Of a DNA stretch of 64,000 nucleotides, positions 1-13,085 are shown in pieces (the first letter of the stretch is position 1; every line of letters starts with the position of its first letter). Made by a program: the position numbers and the translations under genes. The notes under the pieces were generated by a model. That model did no database searches, was not told where the DNA came from, and worked only from the letters and a program-made list of their open reading frames with translations. This stretch comes from Lophium mytilinum. Lineage: Eukaryota. Where the stretch lies: positions 248,001 through 312,000 of the forward strand of contig MU004193.1 in assembly GCA_010093605.1 (NCBI GenBank), given 5' to 3'.

Positions 1-1161
1 TCGCATCCCTGGATCTCGGGGCCCATGCCGGCCCCGCTATGACAACATACCAGTGTACAGGAGATACCTCACGATATGCTCTAATCCTCGTTAAAAATAC
101 TGGCCCCATGCCGCTTCTACTACTAATGCATCAGTTCGAGTAAGTGGAGCACAACAACAGGAGGTGTCCTCTGCGCTGAAAAAGATCCGAGTACGTCATA
201 TAAGACGTCTATCGAATCTCGAATCTCTAATCCAATCACGACGCTTACACGGTGCGGCAAGGGGTCCCGCCCCCCCGCGTGCTATAACGTACCTAGCATC
301 AAGGAGGTGATTCCGATAACGCCCTGTCCGTAGCTTTCGAAAGCTAGCTAGAGTTCAAACCTTCATTTTCGCATAACCTCCACACACCGTCGAATCAACA
401 GCCGTTCATGCGCTCTTTCAGGATTTTCAACCACGTTCTTCCAACCACAACATCACCTCATGGCCTATCCGGTCCATCCGACGTCAGCATCTAATTTCCA
501 TACCATTCACTTCGATCTCTTTATCAAAACCCCGCAACGCTTGTGAAGTACAGTGAGGTACCTCAACCCCGCTCATGCAGCCTTGCGCCTAGGAGATGGC
601 TCCGGCCGAAGGCTGAACAACCTTACACAGCATTTGTAAACGATTAGTTATGCAGATGTCAGCACACGCTCACAGCCGGGCAGCCGTTGGAAGACGCGTT
701 AAAGCTTTTCGCTTCTGCGCTCCCTGCTCGTGGCGTTGTTAGGGTCGAGGAGTTGATTCCGAGTTGCTTTCACTTGCGGCCGCCGATATTTTCGCTTTCG
801 GGCAGAATCGTCGGCTGACGTGCTTTATGGATTGTGTGCCGCGAGGCCATTTCGGCAGATGGGTGGGATGTGGATGGGTTCTGGGCTGTCGGGGCATAGG
901 AAACCGATGCTCGTGTTGTTCGCGTCCAGGGCTGGATAGTGGATTGGTGTGATTTGGTGATGGCAGCTGGAATCTCCAATGGGAATCCGCCGAGAGATGC
1001 TCATTTAGGCTTTGAGATAATCGAAGCGAGCAGAGATATTTGAATGATTAGAGATCTTTGAACCGACCGCGATGTTCGATAATAGGAGAAACGTGAATCG
1101 TCCCTAGATCTGCTGCACAGTCCACGTGATTCTCTTTACAGCTTCTCCCATCTCAACCCCC

Positions 1162-4100
1162 TCAAGACCCAGCTTGCCGATTCCAGCTCATACCCACTGC
1201 TTCAACTCTCGCCTTAACCTCCTCGCCTAACCTCACGCCCACCATCCTCACAACCTCATCCGTACTCCCAATCCACTTCTCTACCATCGCCCTCGTCTTC
1301 TCAACAGCCTCTTTATCACCCACCTTCCACCCCGGAACCGCCCTAATCAATTCATCCGCCAACTCAACCCTCAGATACCCCGCCACATCCACCTCTTTCA
1401 CATCAACATCTCCAACCGCCCACGCAACCCGCAGCCTATACTCCCCCGGACACAACAGCACCGCATCCTTCACTTTCTTGAAATCCTCATGATACCGCCT
1501 AGGGTGGGCGGTGGGGTGGGCGGGCGCAACCTCCCCAATAAACCCCACAACCCCCTCCGCAAACACCCGACACTTCTCCCCCTCCTCCTCGGGGGTGGGT
1601 GGCGTCGCCAGCAAACACGGATACGGCAGTAGTACCAGCCTCAGCTCCAGCGTCCCAGGTAGGTATGCAGGCACGCGCCGCGGATCTCGCTGCCACTCCT
1701 CCGTGCGTAGGCTATCGATATACGCAACCAGCTGCTCGATCAGCGGTCGCACGTTCGCCATCCACGCGCGCTTCCCGGCTTCGTTGGCGGTGGTTAGCGG
1801 GCGCAGGTCCGGCTCTAACGCCTTGGTGAATTTGCGGAACAGGCGGAAGTGCGGGTCGGGGTTAGGGAGCTGGAGGACTGCTTTTGCCTGCGCGATTAAC
1901 ATTTCCTGGATATCCGCGAGCGCGATGCCCTGATCAGCAGGGAGTTCGGTCGGCCGCCAGGGGCGAGTGAGGAGGGGGATGAGCTGGACATGCTGGAACA
2001 TCCACATCTTCGGCGGCGTGTTGAAGAAGTGGAGGAAGTTTGCATTCTGGCTGCTCTGCTGCTCGTACTCGTCGGCGGGGAGGGCGAGGATTTTCTGGCG
2101 CAGTGCGGTGTGTGCGGGGGGCGGGTTGATGTTTAGGAGGACGAAGGCGTGGTAGAGATCTAGATACTTCTTCGGCGTCCAGGATGGGTGAGTCTCGATG
2201 ATGCGCAGGGCGCCGGGGCGGAAGGGGATGCTGGGCAGGGCGGATGGGGAGAGGGGGGAGGAGTGCTGCGCGAGGTAGATGGCGGTCCAGCGGGAGAGGT
2301 TGCGGCGCGAGGCGTCGATGGTGGGGAGGAGGATGCTGGTGAAGATTTGGTGGCGCCAGAAGGCGCTGTGGGTGGTGTTGGATGTGAAGGATGTTATGGC
2401 GGCGAAAATGGGGGGCCAGGTTCGGAAGTTGCCTTCGTTGTAGACTTCGGGGGCGGTTTGGGTAGATTCAGCTAGCTGCCACTCAGTTTCGGTTAGTGGA
2501 CGCCGTTCGTTGAGGCTGCCGGCGATGGGTATGGTGGCTTCGAGGGACTTGAGGAGTTGCGATGCTAGTGGGTTAGAGATGTCCTCGAGGCATTGGAGAA
2601 GCAGGTTCAGCATTGCAGTGATGACAGCGACGCGGATGTCTAGATGGGTGGACTTCTGAAAGATGTCGACGAGCACGTCAACGGTGATGGGCTTCGCGAC
2701 GAAATCTGCCCCGTCGAGGAGTTGAGCGAGGTATTTCACGGTCGTGATTTTGACGAGGGGTTTTGGGGGGGTGGTGGCGGCGTTTTCAGCGCTCTTGGGG
2801 GGAGGGAGTTGTGATTGAGCTTTTAGTTTGGCGATGATGGCGGATGAGAAGCCTTGTATTGTTTCTCGAGCTAAACGAGCTGGTAGGCGGCATAGAAAAG
2901 TCTTTGATAGCCATTGCCGATGCCACGAGCTGGCGTCGGGATTCTCTATAATACTTTGCGTGGCGAGAGATGATGCGAGCTGTGGGCGATCGCTTTTTCC
3001 TAGGAGAGTGATGAGACTATACGCGATGCGCTCAGCTTCCACTGGGTCCGCTGGGCTGTTGGATAGAGCTTTCAAGGCAGCTTTGGTCAATGATTGAAGC
3101 AGGCTTGGTGGTACTGAAGCGATATGCCGTGCCAAGATACTTCTCGCATCCTTCTCTTTCACATCTAGGTCGAGGAGAAAGTCCTCGTCGAGAAAAAGAG
3201 ACGGGTATCTGATGTCGGACGAGGAAGGAAACGGAGCGGAAAGGAGCCTAGATGGTCCTTTAATCTTGCTGTCCAGAAGTAGCAGTGCAGCAGCAATTTG
3301 GGCTTCCCGAATCTCCGGTGAAGGCTGCACTTGCGTCTGCCAGAGATGCCCATCAGTTGAGTACGTTACCTCCGGAAACATCCATTGGCGAACAGCCTTT
3401 TTTTCCGCGATAGCAATGCCATACTCCGGGATTTTCATGGGCCTGAACGGTTTATGAAGGTCTGAGTGATTCCGATTATTTTCTACAACCGAGCAGTCTA
3501 GTCTCGTCGGCGGAAGGTTTCGAGCAGGTATCGTTGGTCGCTGAGGTTTGAGAGGATTCCACTCTACGGACTCTGAAGCATCTATGTCTTTTGGAAGCGG
3601 TTGATAATCCTCGGTAGAACACTGGCTGTAGTCGAAGCTAGCGAATCGCCGTGGAGGTAATCCTTTCTCTCCTAGAGTTTTGATAAATTTAGGATACCAA
3701 TACTCTTCTGCTTCTACCCCCGACAGTCGCCCAGAGCTCAAAGGACCTACGGCATGTGTCCACGCAAGTGTGATCCGATTGTCTCTTTCGTCGCCGTCGC
3801 ATGATGACGGGATGTAGATTGCCAGAGCAGCACAATAATCATCGATGAACGATCCTACGGCAAGCCTTGTCTCTTCATCCTTAGGTAATGGCGCAAGGGC
3901 TTCTTCTGGATCCTGGAACACGATAGCACTAGCGCGAGATGCCATATATGGAGTCACCAGCTCGGGAGGAAACCCTCTCATCTCCCAAGGATCAGTAAGG
4001 AATTGGATACCCAGACCTTGGGGCCATGGTGAGGATAGAGATGCTGTAGCAGGAACCACAGTAGGTCGATATGTGCGCCATACTTCATTTCGAGCCTTAG

Positions 4101-6517
4101 CAAGGTTATCAAAGAAGCGGTAGGTGGCAGGTGCACCATCGTCGATGGTGTAAGGTCCATCGAAGCTGGTGGTCCTTAAAGGTGCGTATGGATGCCTGAA
4201 GCCCAACTTGTCGTTCTCGCTTTTAATGGCCTCCTTCTCAACTTTGATAATAAGTTCTAGCGAGTCTTCCCAGAGAACTGCATATGTGGCGTCGTCGGAA
4301 AGATTGAGGGCTTTCTGAACTTCCTTTGATCGCTCGACGCGACGGAGAGTGACCTCTCTGAAAAGATCTAACGGCGCGGTCCAGTCGAATCTTTGAAAAG
4401 AAGGCTCTTTCAAGGCCATACATGCCGTCTCGAAGACCTGGTAGATGACCTGATTTGCTTTGACTATTCTTGAGCGCAAGCTGTCTTTGTCTAAATTACC
4501 GGGTATGAAGGATGGGATACCCGAGAGAAGGCTAATGCTTTCAGTAGTGTTCAACTCCGAACTGTCATCACTATTACTGTACAGTTGCTTGGAAACGAGC
4601 TAGAAGATAGTTAGCCTAGTCTGTAGGAAGATAGCTCGCGGGGCATGGAAAGATGGCACACTCAACCCGCATTCTGCGTTCTATACACCTGGCTGCCGCT
4701 GTTCGGGGTGCTTCAACGCATTTTTAGAAGGAAGAGATATCTTTGGACGATCTGGAAACATGTTGAAGCACTCCAAGCAGTGGCTGACAGATGCGCAAAA
4801 GACAGATTTTGATGAATGTGCCACTTTTTCCATGTCCAGCGTAGATAGGTACGTCTTACAGGATCACGAATGTACCGGCGCGCCCATAACAGCGTTTCTT
4901 CGTAAAGGTCGAGCGAGCCACTAGCAATCGCGTAGCGAAGGGCTGAGTTCGCATAGAAAGCTCGGTCGGTCGGCTCACGACTGATGGCCGACTTCTTTCT
5001 TCGATCTTCGACAGCTGCGAATGTCAGTGCCGTTCCGGAGAACCTCGAGACAACGGACCTTTCTGTACACTGCGCAACCACTCTTCAGAGTCGACATTCT
5101 TTTCTAGTAGCAATAGTAACAACGATGCGTCGCCATACTTCATATCAATCACTGGAGTGTGACGCAGGATAGAGCCACCTTCTCCCAGTGAAAGAAATTT
5201 CTCTTCCGGTTTGGCCTTGCGTAGGCGACGAAGGAAAGATATCGCATCTTGGCGGTCTAACGAGAAGAATAAGCCGGGTGGGCACCTTGTTATAGGAACA
5301 CCTCTCAAGTCCTCGATGCTGTTGATGTCGCCACTATTCTCGTCTTGAGCCAGGAAACAAGACCGGAGTAGTTTGTAACGGAGCGATTTTTGATCTTCAC
5401 GGACAAGTGCGCGAAAAAGACCCTTGTAGTTCGCGATGGAGCTTCTGGAGCCTTTCAGCGCGAGTCGCAAAAGCTTCAATAGTTGATCGTGGAAAGTCGG
5501 CTCCTCGTTTGACCAACATCGAACGACGTAATAAACAAAGTCGCGGTCTAAGGCAACTTCACTAGCTACACTCGGGTGCAACTCGATGTATGCCAGACTG
5601 AGGTCCACAATTTCTCTGATTCGATCCCACTCGTTCGTGGGCCTGAACTTTCGGTATGCTCGACGGATGAGCGGCTCGACGAGCTCTCCTATGAATGTAT
5701 TCTTGGGTATAGTTGCTTTCTCGGACTTGACGAGCTGGCGGAGAAGATTTAGAGAGAACAACATGGATTCGGAGAAGCCGGAGACTTGGCTCGAGCGCGG
5801 TGGTGAGCGTCGGAGGAGACTAGGAAGACAAGAGATACTTGTGCTTCTATCTTTGCTTGTAGAGAGAACCTCTTCGACGCAAATTTTTCTGAACAATTCC
5901 GGATGGTACTTGACAAACAATGTCATGTGATGATCCAAGGAAGAATCCCTCCAAAGCTGGTCTAGGGTCGTGGCTGAACATCCTGGAAGAAGGTCTTCGG
6001 CATATTTGCTGAGAGGGCGGTCGTCCAAAGCTTCTTGGGGTTTGGAGTCTTGGCTACTTTTAAGAAGATCAGGATTAAGGGATCGAACTACCTGGGTGAT
6101 CTTTTCTCGCTTTTCTTCAAAGTCCACGCCCGAACCGCATTTCCCGACAGTTTGGGTGAGATAACGAACATCTGTAACGGAGAATTGGCTAAGTAGAGAC
6201 ACAAGTCCGGATATCTGTCCAACCCCGTCCCATGTTTCTCTCCATTGTGTTCCTCGTAACTCTTTTCCTAGTTGCCTGATTGCTTGTCCCCGCACTAGCG
6301 CAGAGAATTCCTGTTTCAGAGCTGCTAGAAGTGTGCGGGGAGTTTTTCGAATGCTGAGCCAGATTTTGAAAACAGCAGGAGAGATTGATTCATTTTCCAC
6401 ACTTTCAAGTAGGTGGGTTGAAATCAGGTCCTCTGTTGTCTTAGTCAGAGCATCGAGAAGATGGCGAGCGACGGTTGATGGAGAGCGGTTTCGTAAAACG
6501 CGATTATCGACAGACAT
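1162..6517 (-). CDS. Large (~1683 aa) hypothetical, probably alpha-helical protein; 3 exons (6517-5059, 5014-4860, 4599-1162)
   Basis: Three ORFs (5024-6517, 4713-5081, 1162-4554) join in frame through two introns: 5058-5015 (GTCCGT..CTGAC..CAG) and 4859-4600 (GTAAGA..CTAAC..TAG). Spliced length is 5052 nt, a multiple of 3. No catalytic motif recognised. Confidence 0.85.
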
Positions 6518-8064
6518 ACTAGTCTATAGATACGGGAAGGCAGTAATCGAGGATGATCAGACGCCTCGAGGTACGAGAGGAAGGCGAGGGAATCATGTCA
6601 GCGTAGTAAACTCAGCGCCGGGTGGCGCGTGCACGTAACGTGACATGGGGCCAATTTGTATCTGAAGCTTTCGTGAGTAAAGATCCTTCAGATAATGATA
6701 AGTCAATTTTCTGATCAGATCCTACAGTCATGCAGAATTAATCCTGTATACGTAGAGAAAGATTGTCGTGACGTCCAGTCACGTGATCTTGTGACTGGTA
6801 GGAAGAAATACAGCTCTCACACATCCCTTTCACGTCTGACTGCTGCCATCGTGTAACATCTATCGAGTAATAGAGCTTTAGGATGTCGAGGATGTGGATG
6901 CTTGCGAGGTTGTGGATGGTGAGAGATATTACTCTGCTACGCCGTGTGAACTCCTTCAACAAAACTCTGGAACGTCTCAGAGACGTTCGGTGCGTGCTTC
7001 GACAGACATGAGACCTTATCAGCCTTCCTCGAGCGGTAGTAGAGACATGTACACAGACTGGGCTCGTGCCCTACTGCTCCAGGTTCGCTATGGTATCGAA
7101 GCATGCGAAGGGGTGTCAAAAAGGTCGAGGAAGCTTTCGCTGCAGTACTATGAGAGCATATGAGTCAGTCGCTGGGTAGGTTTCGTGGAATCGGAAGGTG
7201 GAGTAGGATCTAATCGAATGAGATATTGAAAAGCAATCGGAGATCTTCTGCCGTTTCTAATAGGGTTCACAATTTCTTTTCATAGGCCAAGGCAGCTTCG
7301 CGAATTGATGATTTTGAAGGGCGCGCGCCGTGGAGTAGTGTTCTTTGGGGGTTGTCAAGGTATAGAAAGGAGACGAAACTACTGTTGGCATAGGAGTAGA
7401 CAATGTTGTGATGTCAGGATGATGTCTTTGTGACCTTGTCATGTTTGCGCGGATGATGCATAAATGACATGAGAGATAACCCTGGGCAGAACCTGAAATA
7501 GAATGACGCCAATACTCGTGTAGTCATCCACAACTCAAAAATTGCATGCGCATATAGCTCCTCTCTTCAAGCACCCTAACGATTCCTTGACTTCCTTTAT
7601 GTAGGCAAGAACGGAAGAAATGGAGAGGTTTTGATAGCTAGAGCGTTATTTAAAGAATATTTCATCCTGACTTCTTAAGTAACAACTTGTCTTGACTAAT
7701 GGATGGATGCGTTGGTTACTCGGCGTACAAATTGTACTTCGTCTACCTTTTTGCCGTTTCAAAATCGCTCGGAGGTTTGAGGCTGGGAATCTTGCTGCGT
7801 TCCTTTCTTTTGCAGCCCGATGCATATGTTCATACACTCGACGCCACTATTATCGTCAACATGGAAGACATAATCATAAACTGCATTCAACTTTCTCTCA
7901 ATAGTATCTTACAGATGATATAAACAGGTGTTTGAATGGAGACGTACCCGAATCATCGCATACCAACCAAAAATGCCTGAGCAAGAACGCCATCGTATGC
8001 CTTTTTCGCCATTCTTGATACACACATACACACATCGTATTCCTCTCATCGCCCGCAATCCTCC

Positions 8065-8562
8065 CTAATCCTTCCTTAACTCTCCTGACTGTTTTACCAC
8101 CTCCACCCCACCGTCCTTTTTCCTCACTTCCACATATCCCTCGGGAACCACATTCGGTCCTTCATCTCCACTCGTCACCCGCACCCTTTGCGTTGGCTTG
8201 CCCGCATACAGCATGTATCCCTTCTCCTCAATTGTCCCAACAGTCGCATCGTCAGAGCCGGCGCCTTCGAGCTCGGTCAACAATCCCACTGGTCGGTTTC
8301 CGCGGAAACGCTTCCGCATATCGATCATGCCGCGCTTGCATTGGCCGTAGCCTTTCTGGAGTTGTTGGCATTGGGTGGGTAGCGTTTCGTTGAGCGGCGG
8401 TCGTAGGCAGTCTGAGGGCGCGTGACGGTCGATCATGATACAGTCGGAGTTTTGTAGACAGGCGGCTAGAGCTTGCCCTGCAGTACGGGGTTAGCTGCAA
8501 GCTTCATGGAGGGTCAGGGTAGTGGCAGGATGCGTACGGATGTCTTTGCAGGAGGCGGGCAT
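8065..8562 (-). CDS. PET191: Cytochrome c oxidase assembly factor Pet191/COA5 (twin CX9C-type)
   Basis: Exon 1 MPASCKDIR, intron 8537-8478 (GTACGC..CTAAC..CAG), exon 2 QALAACLQNSDCIMIDRH..CQQLQKGYGQCKRGMIDMRKRFRGN, the characteristic Pet191 signature. Confidence 0.93.
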
Positions 8563-9048
8563 GATTGCGGTTGGCTGTGTGGGCCTCGATTATGGCGTGT
8601 GTTGGTATTTTCAAGAATAGATATACATTCGGGTTACCGATCGTTAGGGCGCATTGGTATATAGAGCTGTAGATGCAGGTGGTGGTGAGTTTTCGAATGG
8701 TTCGACATGGAATTGTTCCGCCCGGTGCCAAGACTTGGCCGGCATGCCGAAAGCTTCCTCGTCGGCTGCAGCTGTCACATGCCGAAACTTCGCTGTTCAC
8801 GTCATGAAATGGCCAGGGGAAGCCGGTCCACCAACAAAACAGAGGTGGGGTCGAGCCCTCATCAACTCCAACTAGACCCTCGAGTGCATCGCTATCGTCC
8901 GATTGCCATCAGTTACTGGCGGTGAGCATGCAGACGGTACCTCTAGCCTTGAAGCTTAACACGAGATCCTTCACGTAGCATCGCGCTCTAGCGGACCTCC
9001 CCGAACAGCTGCTATTGCTACTACTACTACCTCGACCACACCGCCAGG

Positions 9049-11304
9049 ATGCCGCACATCCCATTCCTCTCGCGGCTTCATATCCGCGAGTACCTCGCCC
9101 TCATGCTCAGCTTCTTCCTCATCGCCCTGGAGTCGTTCATTGCGCTCATCACGCTGATGCTACCGACTCCCATCATAACCCTCTGCTACAAGGCCACCCG
9201 TCGCGCCTTCAACTACCTCTCTACCCCACAGGGTCGTCGCCAGCGCCAGAAGAAGAAGGCCGTCAGCTCCAGCATTGCCAATGCCTCGGACTTCGTTGAG
9301 CTGTGTGAGCTCTTTGGATATTATGCGGAGGAACATATTGTGCAGACGAAGGATGGTTATCTACTCGGGCTGCACAGACTAGCATATCGGAGGGGCGAGG
9401 AGGGCTTGAGGGTGAATTACGGAGCAGATGGGGATACTATGAAGAAGAAGGTGGTTTACATGCATCATGGCTTGATGATGAATAGCGAGGTGTGGGTTTG
9501 CTTGACGGAGAGGGAAAGGTGCTTGCCATTTGTGTTGGTAGAGCGAGGATACGATGTTTGGGTGAGTGTTGATAACATTTCTTCTCAATTAGGTCAATTC
9601 CTCGATTCTAGAATTTTTCTCATTGTGCTCGATGTGGAGTACCAAGCTTTCGGAGTATGATTGAGTACCACGATGAGTACCACGGTTCGGTGTACCAATC
9701 AGCGAGAATCTACATGTGTCTTTCGTAAAACATTGGCTAACGCTATACAGCTTGGGAACAACCGTGGAAACAAGTACTCCAAGAAGTCAGTCCATTGCGC
9801 TCCAACCTCGACCGCATTCTGGAACTTCTCAATGGACCAATTCGCCTTCCATGATATCCCCGACAGCATCGACTACATCCTGGCTACTACCCACCAGCCG
9901 TCGCTCTCTTACATCGGCTTCTCGCAAGGCACTGCCCAAGCCTTTGCTACTCTTTCCATCCATCCGACCCTCAACGAGAAAGTTGACGTCTTTATCGCTC
10001 TCGCCCCAGCCATGTCCCCGAAAGGGCTAACGTCCCAGATCGTCGATACGTTCGTCAAGGCCTCCCCGGAAGTACTGTTCCTTGCCTTCGGACGCCGAGC
10101 TATCTTAGGCTCGGCCACAATGTGGCAAGCGATCTTGTATCCGCCAATCTTCGTCCGCTTGATTGACCATTCTCTTACTTTCCTCTTTGGATGGACGGGC
10201 GTCAACATCACACCGCATCAAAAGCTGGCCGCATATCCTCATCTGTACTCGTTTACCAGCACGAAGAGCGTAGTGCATTGGTTTCAGATAATCCGAAACG
10301 GCCACTTCCAGATGTATGACGATGAAGCGCCACCCTCGCTAGCTCTCACCAACCCGAACAAGTATTACAAGATTGCGAAATTTCCCACTCGCAACATCAA
10401 AACTCCAATCGTGCTTGTCTATGGCGGCTCGGATAGCCTCGTCGACATTAACGTCATGTTGCACGAGCTCCCCCGTCACACCGTCGCGAAAGAGATCCCA
10501 CACTACGAGCATCTCGACTTCCTCTGGGCCAGCACCGTCAACGAACTTGTCTTCCCGCACGTCTTCGACGCCCTCGAGGAGTACGCAGCAGGCGACACAT
10601 CCAGCCCAAGCGGGAGCATAACACGAAAAGAAAAGAGGCGCGAGTTCCGCTCGCCAGCCCGCTTCGCCTTCCCAGAACGGAAGCAGATCGGCGACGTCGG
10701 CGACGAAGAGGACGAAGACGAAAGCTCGTCCAGCCCATCCGCCTTTCGCGCGAACAAACTAAGCCAGAACACATCACATCAGCATGCCCCAGCAAGAGTC
10801 CCTGAAACTCCCTCACCCGCACACGGAGTCCGCAAAACCTCCATTACGCGCGCGCTTTCGGGCAGCAGTAAACGAGCGCATACGCCTTCGCCTGCTCGTG
10901 TCGCCGCTGCCATAACACCGTCGTCTGCCCAGCCTTCCGCGTCGGAGAACTCCCCGCCGAACCACCAGGACTCGCCATCTGGAACCCAGCTTACGAACCA
11001 GACGTCGACGTCCCGACCGGAGGGCTGGTGGAGTAGCGACGAGGTTGCTGGCTCTCCGCAAGGCTCTGCTGCGTCGACAAGGTCGCCGTCGCGGAATAGT
11101 TTCGAAAGTGGGCGTGGCGTGTACGGCTTGAAAGGGATCCAGATCGGTGCGAGTAAAGCGGTCGGCGGGTTGATTAGTGACATGGGTGTTGGCGTTGGTG
11201 GGGGGAGTCGCAGTCGTAGTGGGAGTGTGGAGGATCTGGGGAAGAAAGAAGAGACGAAGAAGAGGAGGTGGAAGGGGCGGAAGAAGGGGGAGGTGGTAGC
11301 GTAG
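9049..11304 (+). CDS. AB-hydrolase lipase / sterol esterase (Tgl1/acid lipase-like) with N-terminal membrane anchor and disordered C-terminal tail
   Basis: Motifs TKDGYLLGLHR, HHGLM, GYDVW|LGNNRGNKYS, nucleophile GFSQG, YEHLDFLW. Intron 9562-9750 (GTGAGT..CTAAC..CAG) joins the two ORFs. Confidence 0.92.
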
Positions 11305-11927
11305 AAGAGAGGTGAGGATTGTGAATAGGAGATAGACGTATATATGGGTGGTCGCTTTGGCTATGAGCGTCATGGGATTTAGGTATTCTAAGAGAACCGG
11401 AAGCGAGATCGTTGTAGATGTGCCTATATTGATCGCGATACATACGGTTACTCTTGTATTAGCACTACTGTATCTCGTCATAGGTTTTCTTCATACTGTG
11501 GGTGTCCAACTTCTCATCAACTCCGCTCATGTAAGCTTCTTCGCGCACCACCGTCCAATCTACCTCAGCCAGTTTCCGGCTTGTTCAAGATGATAACGTT
11601 TCTGCTTTACTCCAATTCGCGAAAATACCACAAGCCCTCTTCGGGTGTTGCTATGAGGCTACAATATCCCTACATATCTCAACATCGGGACCAGACATAT
11701 TTCCTTCCTTGAACGTCATCCACATTAGAACCATTTACGCTGTTCCACGTCACTAAGATTTATCCTACTGAGTGACGTGGTTTTCTATAGCGTTTGTCGT
11801 GGGTCAATCAGAGACCGATCTTTCCTTTCTGACAAAACCTGAAAAAATCTCATTCCTCAACCTACTACAATGCATCTACCGCGCCACCCTCCGCGTCGGT
11901 TTTTCGTACTCTCGAATCATTGTTGAC

Positions 11928-12761
11928 ATGAAAGGAAAGAGCACGCAAGACACATCGCCGCCCGCGGGAGGAAGAGTGGAAGATCCACACGAAAGCGATA
12001 TGACGGCGAGAGCGGAGGCAAGGTCGGTTTCATCTGCTGAGTTGTTTAAGAGTGATGCGCCGCCTCCGCCTACAAAATATACCAGTGCCGATCTAGAGAA
12101 GGACAATGGGGAGGTCTAAGCCGCGGAAACCCTCGGACCCGTACCGCCCTCCACTTCATCACTGGAACTCCCGCTTTCCCTTAGCGACAAAGAAGAAATC
12201 GATCAAGCAAACAGCAATGCCACCGCATCGTCTGCGCCCGAATCAATCGACGCGTTAGAAAACGTCTCCCATACCGCCATCGAGAGGCCCGCTGCTATGG
12301 ACGCCAGCAGCGAAGGCGCAGACACGCTCCAAGCATTCGAAGGACCGTCTAATGAAGCTTTAGCGCTGGTGCTCATAAGCGTCGGCGTCGACCCTGTGTA
12401 CGCGTTAAGGTATGTAGGGTTTCATGTGCCGGATGAGGAAGTAGAAATCTTGGCGGTGCGCCTGACGCGGCAGGTGGAGTCGGATAGGCTTGCCGATAGA
12501 ATCAGGAGGAACTATCGGGAGGATTTGGAGAGGCAGGAGAGGAAATTACGCGGGTCTTTTGAGGCAGGAATGCAGGATTCAGAAAACGAGGAGGCATATG
12601 GGGCCGACAGCGAGGAGGAGGAGGATGAAGAGGGTGGGATTGCGGGTCGTGGTGATGGTGAAGGGTTGGGAGGGAGAAAAGAAGAGAAGGCAGAAGAGGC
12701 ACCGGCGGATCATGTTGAAGAAGTGGGGAAGCGGATTGCGATGATGGAGATGGACGAATGA
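11928..12761 (+). pseudogene. Acidic low-complexity protein (trio member 1) with one in-frame premature stop
   Basis: The ORF from ATG 11928 and ORF 12297-12761 are in one frame, separated only by TAA at 12117-12119 and 59 sense codons. The C-terminus resembles that of the next gene. A shorter product from ATG 12297 is possible. Confidence 0.65.
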
Positions 12762-13085
12762 GTTGCGAGATAGTACGAGAATGAGATTAGGTAAAGAGAG
12801 AAATTTTGATAGCGAGACCATGGCTTTCTATAGGGAGATGATTGAGCCTTCTTTCTTTGAGCCCAGTAGGTGTTGGCACTATCTACGCTGTTCCACGTTG
12901 CCAGAGGTTCATCCAGTAAGTGCTCGTTTGCGTTTGTGTTGCGTTTGACTGAACATAGATCGTCTAGAAGCCCTTTACTGTCTAGTCATAAAAACCATGT
13001 AAGCTGTCCCGACCGCCAGAGAACCTACAACATTCCGCTAATTTTCTTAAATCTTTCTCTGCACTAGCAATTCTCGGTGCTCACC

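Noticed and set aside
1..1100. Short ORFs 764-952 and 770-979
   Set aside because: No recognisable motif or convincing gene structure.
6700..7950. Possible decayed gene (NHQFAKLPW resembles a 2EXR start) and several short ORFs
   Set aside because: Fragments are too short and broken to support a call.
9645..9684. Short tandem tgagtaccacg repeat in the lipase intron, and ORF 9661 as a separate gene
   Set aside because: A trivial intronic duplication; the ORF is exon 2 of the lipase.
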